Source of the DNA: Patescibacteria group bacterium
GTDB lineage: Bacteria; Patescibacteriota; UBA1384; DATEAH01
Direction of reading: 5' to 3'
Length of the DNA: 64,000 nt
Assembly: GCA_035288465.1 (NCBI GenBank)
Contig: DATEAH010000001.1
Span: 4,739 to 68,738 of the forward strand
Shown in pieces: positions 62,717-64,000 of this stretch (positions are counted from its first letter, which is position 1; each line of letters begins with the position of its first letter). A model generated the notes under the pieces. The model saw nothing but the letters and a program-made list of their open reading frames with translations, was not told the DNA's origin and did not search any database. The position numbers were made by a program, and so were the translations under genes.

Positions 62717-63493
62717 ATGAAAAATATAAAAGTAAAATTATATAATCAATCTCAGATAATCAGTTGTACCGTACCCGAGGAAATTGATTTTCAGCTTGGA
62801 GATAAAATAATAGTTTTAGTGTCGGACCGATTGGAGTTTGGCGAGATTTTATGTCAAAAATCTTGCCATCAGGAAAATTTAGAAAATAAAATTGTGAGAA
62901 AAGCAACCCCGGAAGATTTAACCAAACTCGAAAAAATTGAAAAAGATAAAAATGAAGCCAACCAGATTTTTGAGCAAAAAGCCAAAGACAATAATTTGGA
63001 AATGAAATTGATTAAATCAGAGATTAGTTTTGACGAAAAGTATATTACTTTTTATTTTTCTGCCGAAACCAGATTAGATTTTCGGAGCTTGCTAAAGGAT
63101 TTAGTACGCGTTTTCCATAAAATGATTCGTTTGCAACAAGTCGGTCCACGCGATGAAGCTAAATTAATGTCTGGTTTTGGTCCATGTGGTCGAGAATTAT
63201 GTTGTCAAAAATTTTTAAACCGTTTAGAATCTGTGCCGTCTAATTTAGCCAAACTGCAGAGCTTATCACAGATTTCAAGTTCAAAAATTTCAGGAGCTTG
63301 TGGAAAGTTAATGTGTTGTTTATCCTATGAAGTTGGCACTTACCAAGAATTAATTAAGGAATTGCCCAAGGTTGGGGATAAAATTGAGACTAATCAAGGC
63401 GAAGGTCGGGTAGTTGAGTTGGATGTTATTAATCAAAAGGTCAAAGTTGAATTAGCTTCTGGAAAATTAATTAGACTTCCCATTAAAAAATAG
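62717..63493 (+). CDS. ricT: PSP1/RicT (YaaT) family protein
   Basis: FYFSA..R.DFR.L, G.GPCGRELCC, KISGACGKLMCCL.YE; follows holB. Confidence 0.92.
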   Translation: MKNIKVKLYNQSQIISCTVPEEIDFQLGDKIIVLVSDRLEFGEILCQKSCHQENLENKIVRKATPEDLTKLEKIEKDKNEANQIFEQKAKDNNLEMKLIKSEISFDEKYITFYFSAETRLDFRSLLKDLVRVFHKMIRLQQVGPRDEAKLMSGFGPCGRELCCQKFLNRLESVPSNLAKLQSLSQISSSKISGACGKLMCCLSYEVGTYQELIKELPKVGDKIETNQGEGRVVELDVINQKVKVELASGKLIRLPIKK

Positions 63494-63501
63494 GCGGGTA
63501 G

Positions 63502-64000
63502 ATGATTGAGTTGATTTTAATAATTAGCTTGGCAATTATTTTTGTCATTCTATTGAGAAAATTGCCTGAAGTAAACATCGATGAGATGTCTGACTCGTCA
63601 TTCCCGGTAGCAGTTAAAAAAAACCAAGCCATAATGTCTCATGGTCACATTAAACAGCCAGCGCCACAAGATGAAAATGAAAAATTATGGCAAGTGGCAA
63701 ATTTGGAACTTGAAAATAAAAATTTTTCAAAAGCGGAGAAGCTTTTTATAAAATTTGCCACCTTACAACCCGATAATCCGGAAATTTATGGCAAATTAGG
63801 ATTGATTTATTTAGAACAAAAAAATTATCTTGATGCGAGGGAGTCTTATGTTGAAGCGATTAAATTTGAGCCAAAAAATGCACTTTGGTTACATAATTTG
63901 GGTTTAGCACTCTTTAATTTAAAACGATTTTCGGAAAGCATTGATTATTATAAAAAATCAGTTGCAATTGAGCCTAATAAAGCCTCGCGATTTTTTAATT
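63502..64000 (+). CDS. TPR protein with N-terminal membrane anchor (3' partial)
   Basis: Manual translation MIELILIISLAIIFVILLRKLPE...YGKLGLIYLEQKNYLDARESY.EAIKFEP.NA..LHNLGLAL; open to the window end. Confidence 0.85.
   Translation, partial: MIELILIISLAIIFVILLRKLPEVNIDEMSDSSFPVAVKKNQAIMSHGHIKQPAPQDENEKLWQVANLELENKNFSKAEKLFIKFATLQPDNPEIYGKLGLIYLEQKNYLDARESYVEAIKFEPKNALWLHNLGLALFNLKRFSESIDYYKKSVAIEPNKASRFFN

Overview
AT-rich bacterial chromosomal window, standard genetic code. It most likely comes from a Patescibacteria/CPR genome (inferred from streamlined rRNAs with introns, a split rRNA operon and CPR-type gene families). In order it holds: a partial hypC and a four-subunit group 3b-type [NiFe]-hydrogenase operon; pgk, a GHMP kinase, tig and clpP; then an 'exploded' rRNA locus. 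That locus keeps the 16S - tRNA-Ile - tRNA-Ala - 23S - 5S order, but about 8.3 kb with about nine protein genes lies between 16S and 23S. The 23S gene carries two group I introns (sites equivalent to E. coli 1931 and 2593; the first encodes a LAGLIDADG endonuclease), and both appear to end in A instead of the near-universal omega-G. It also carries an AT-rich heptamer-repeat insertion. Next come a pyrD-like gene, a repair cluster (EndoQ, stand-alone LigD phosphoesterase and polymerase domains, Fpg), recO, and an alanine-racemase homolog lacking both catalytic residues. After glyS is a dcw cluster without rsmH/murE/ddl/ftsAZ, with a structured non-coding element where rsmH usually sits. The window ends with radA, a PIN-TRAM gene, PBP1A, tyrS, argS, tRNA-Pro, rpmB, holB, ricT and a partial TPR gene. 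All calls come from reading motifs by eye; no searches were run.
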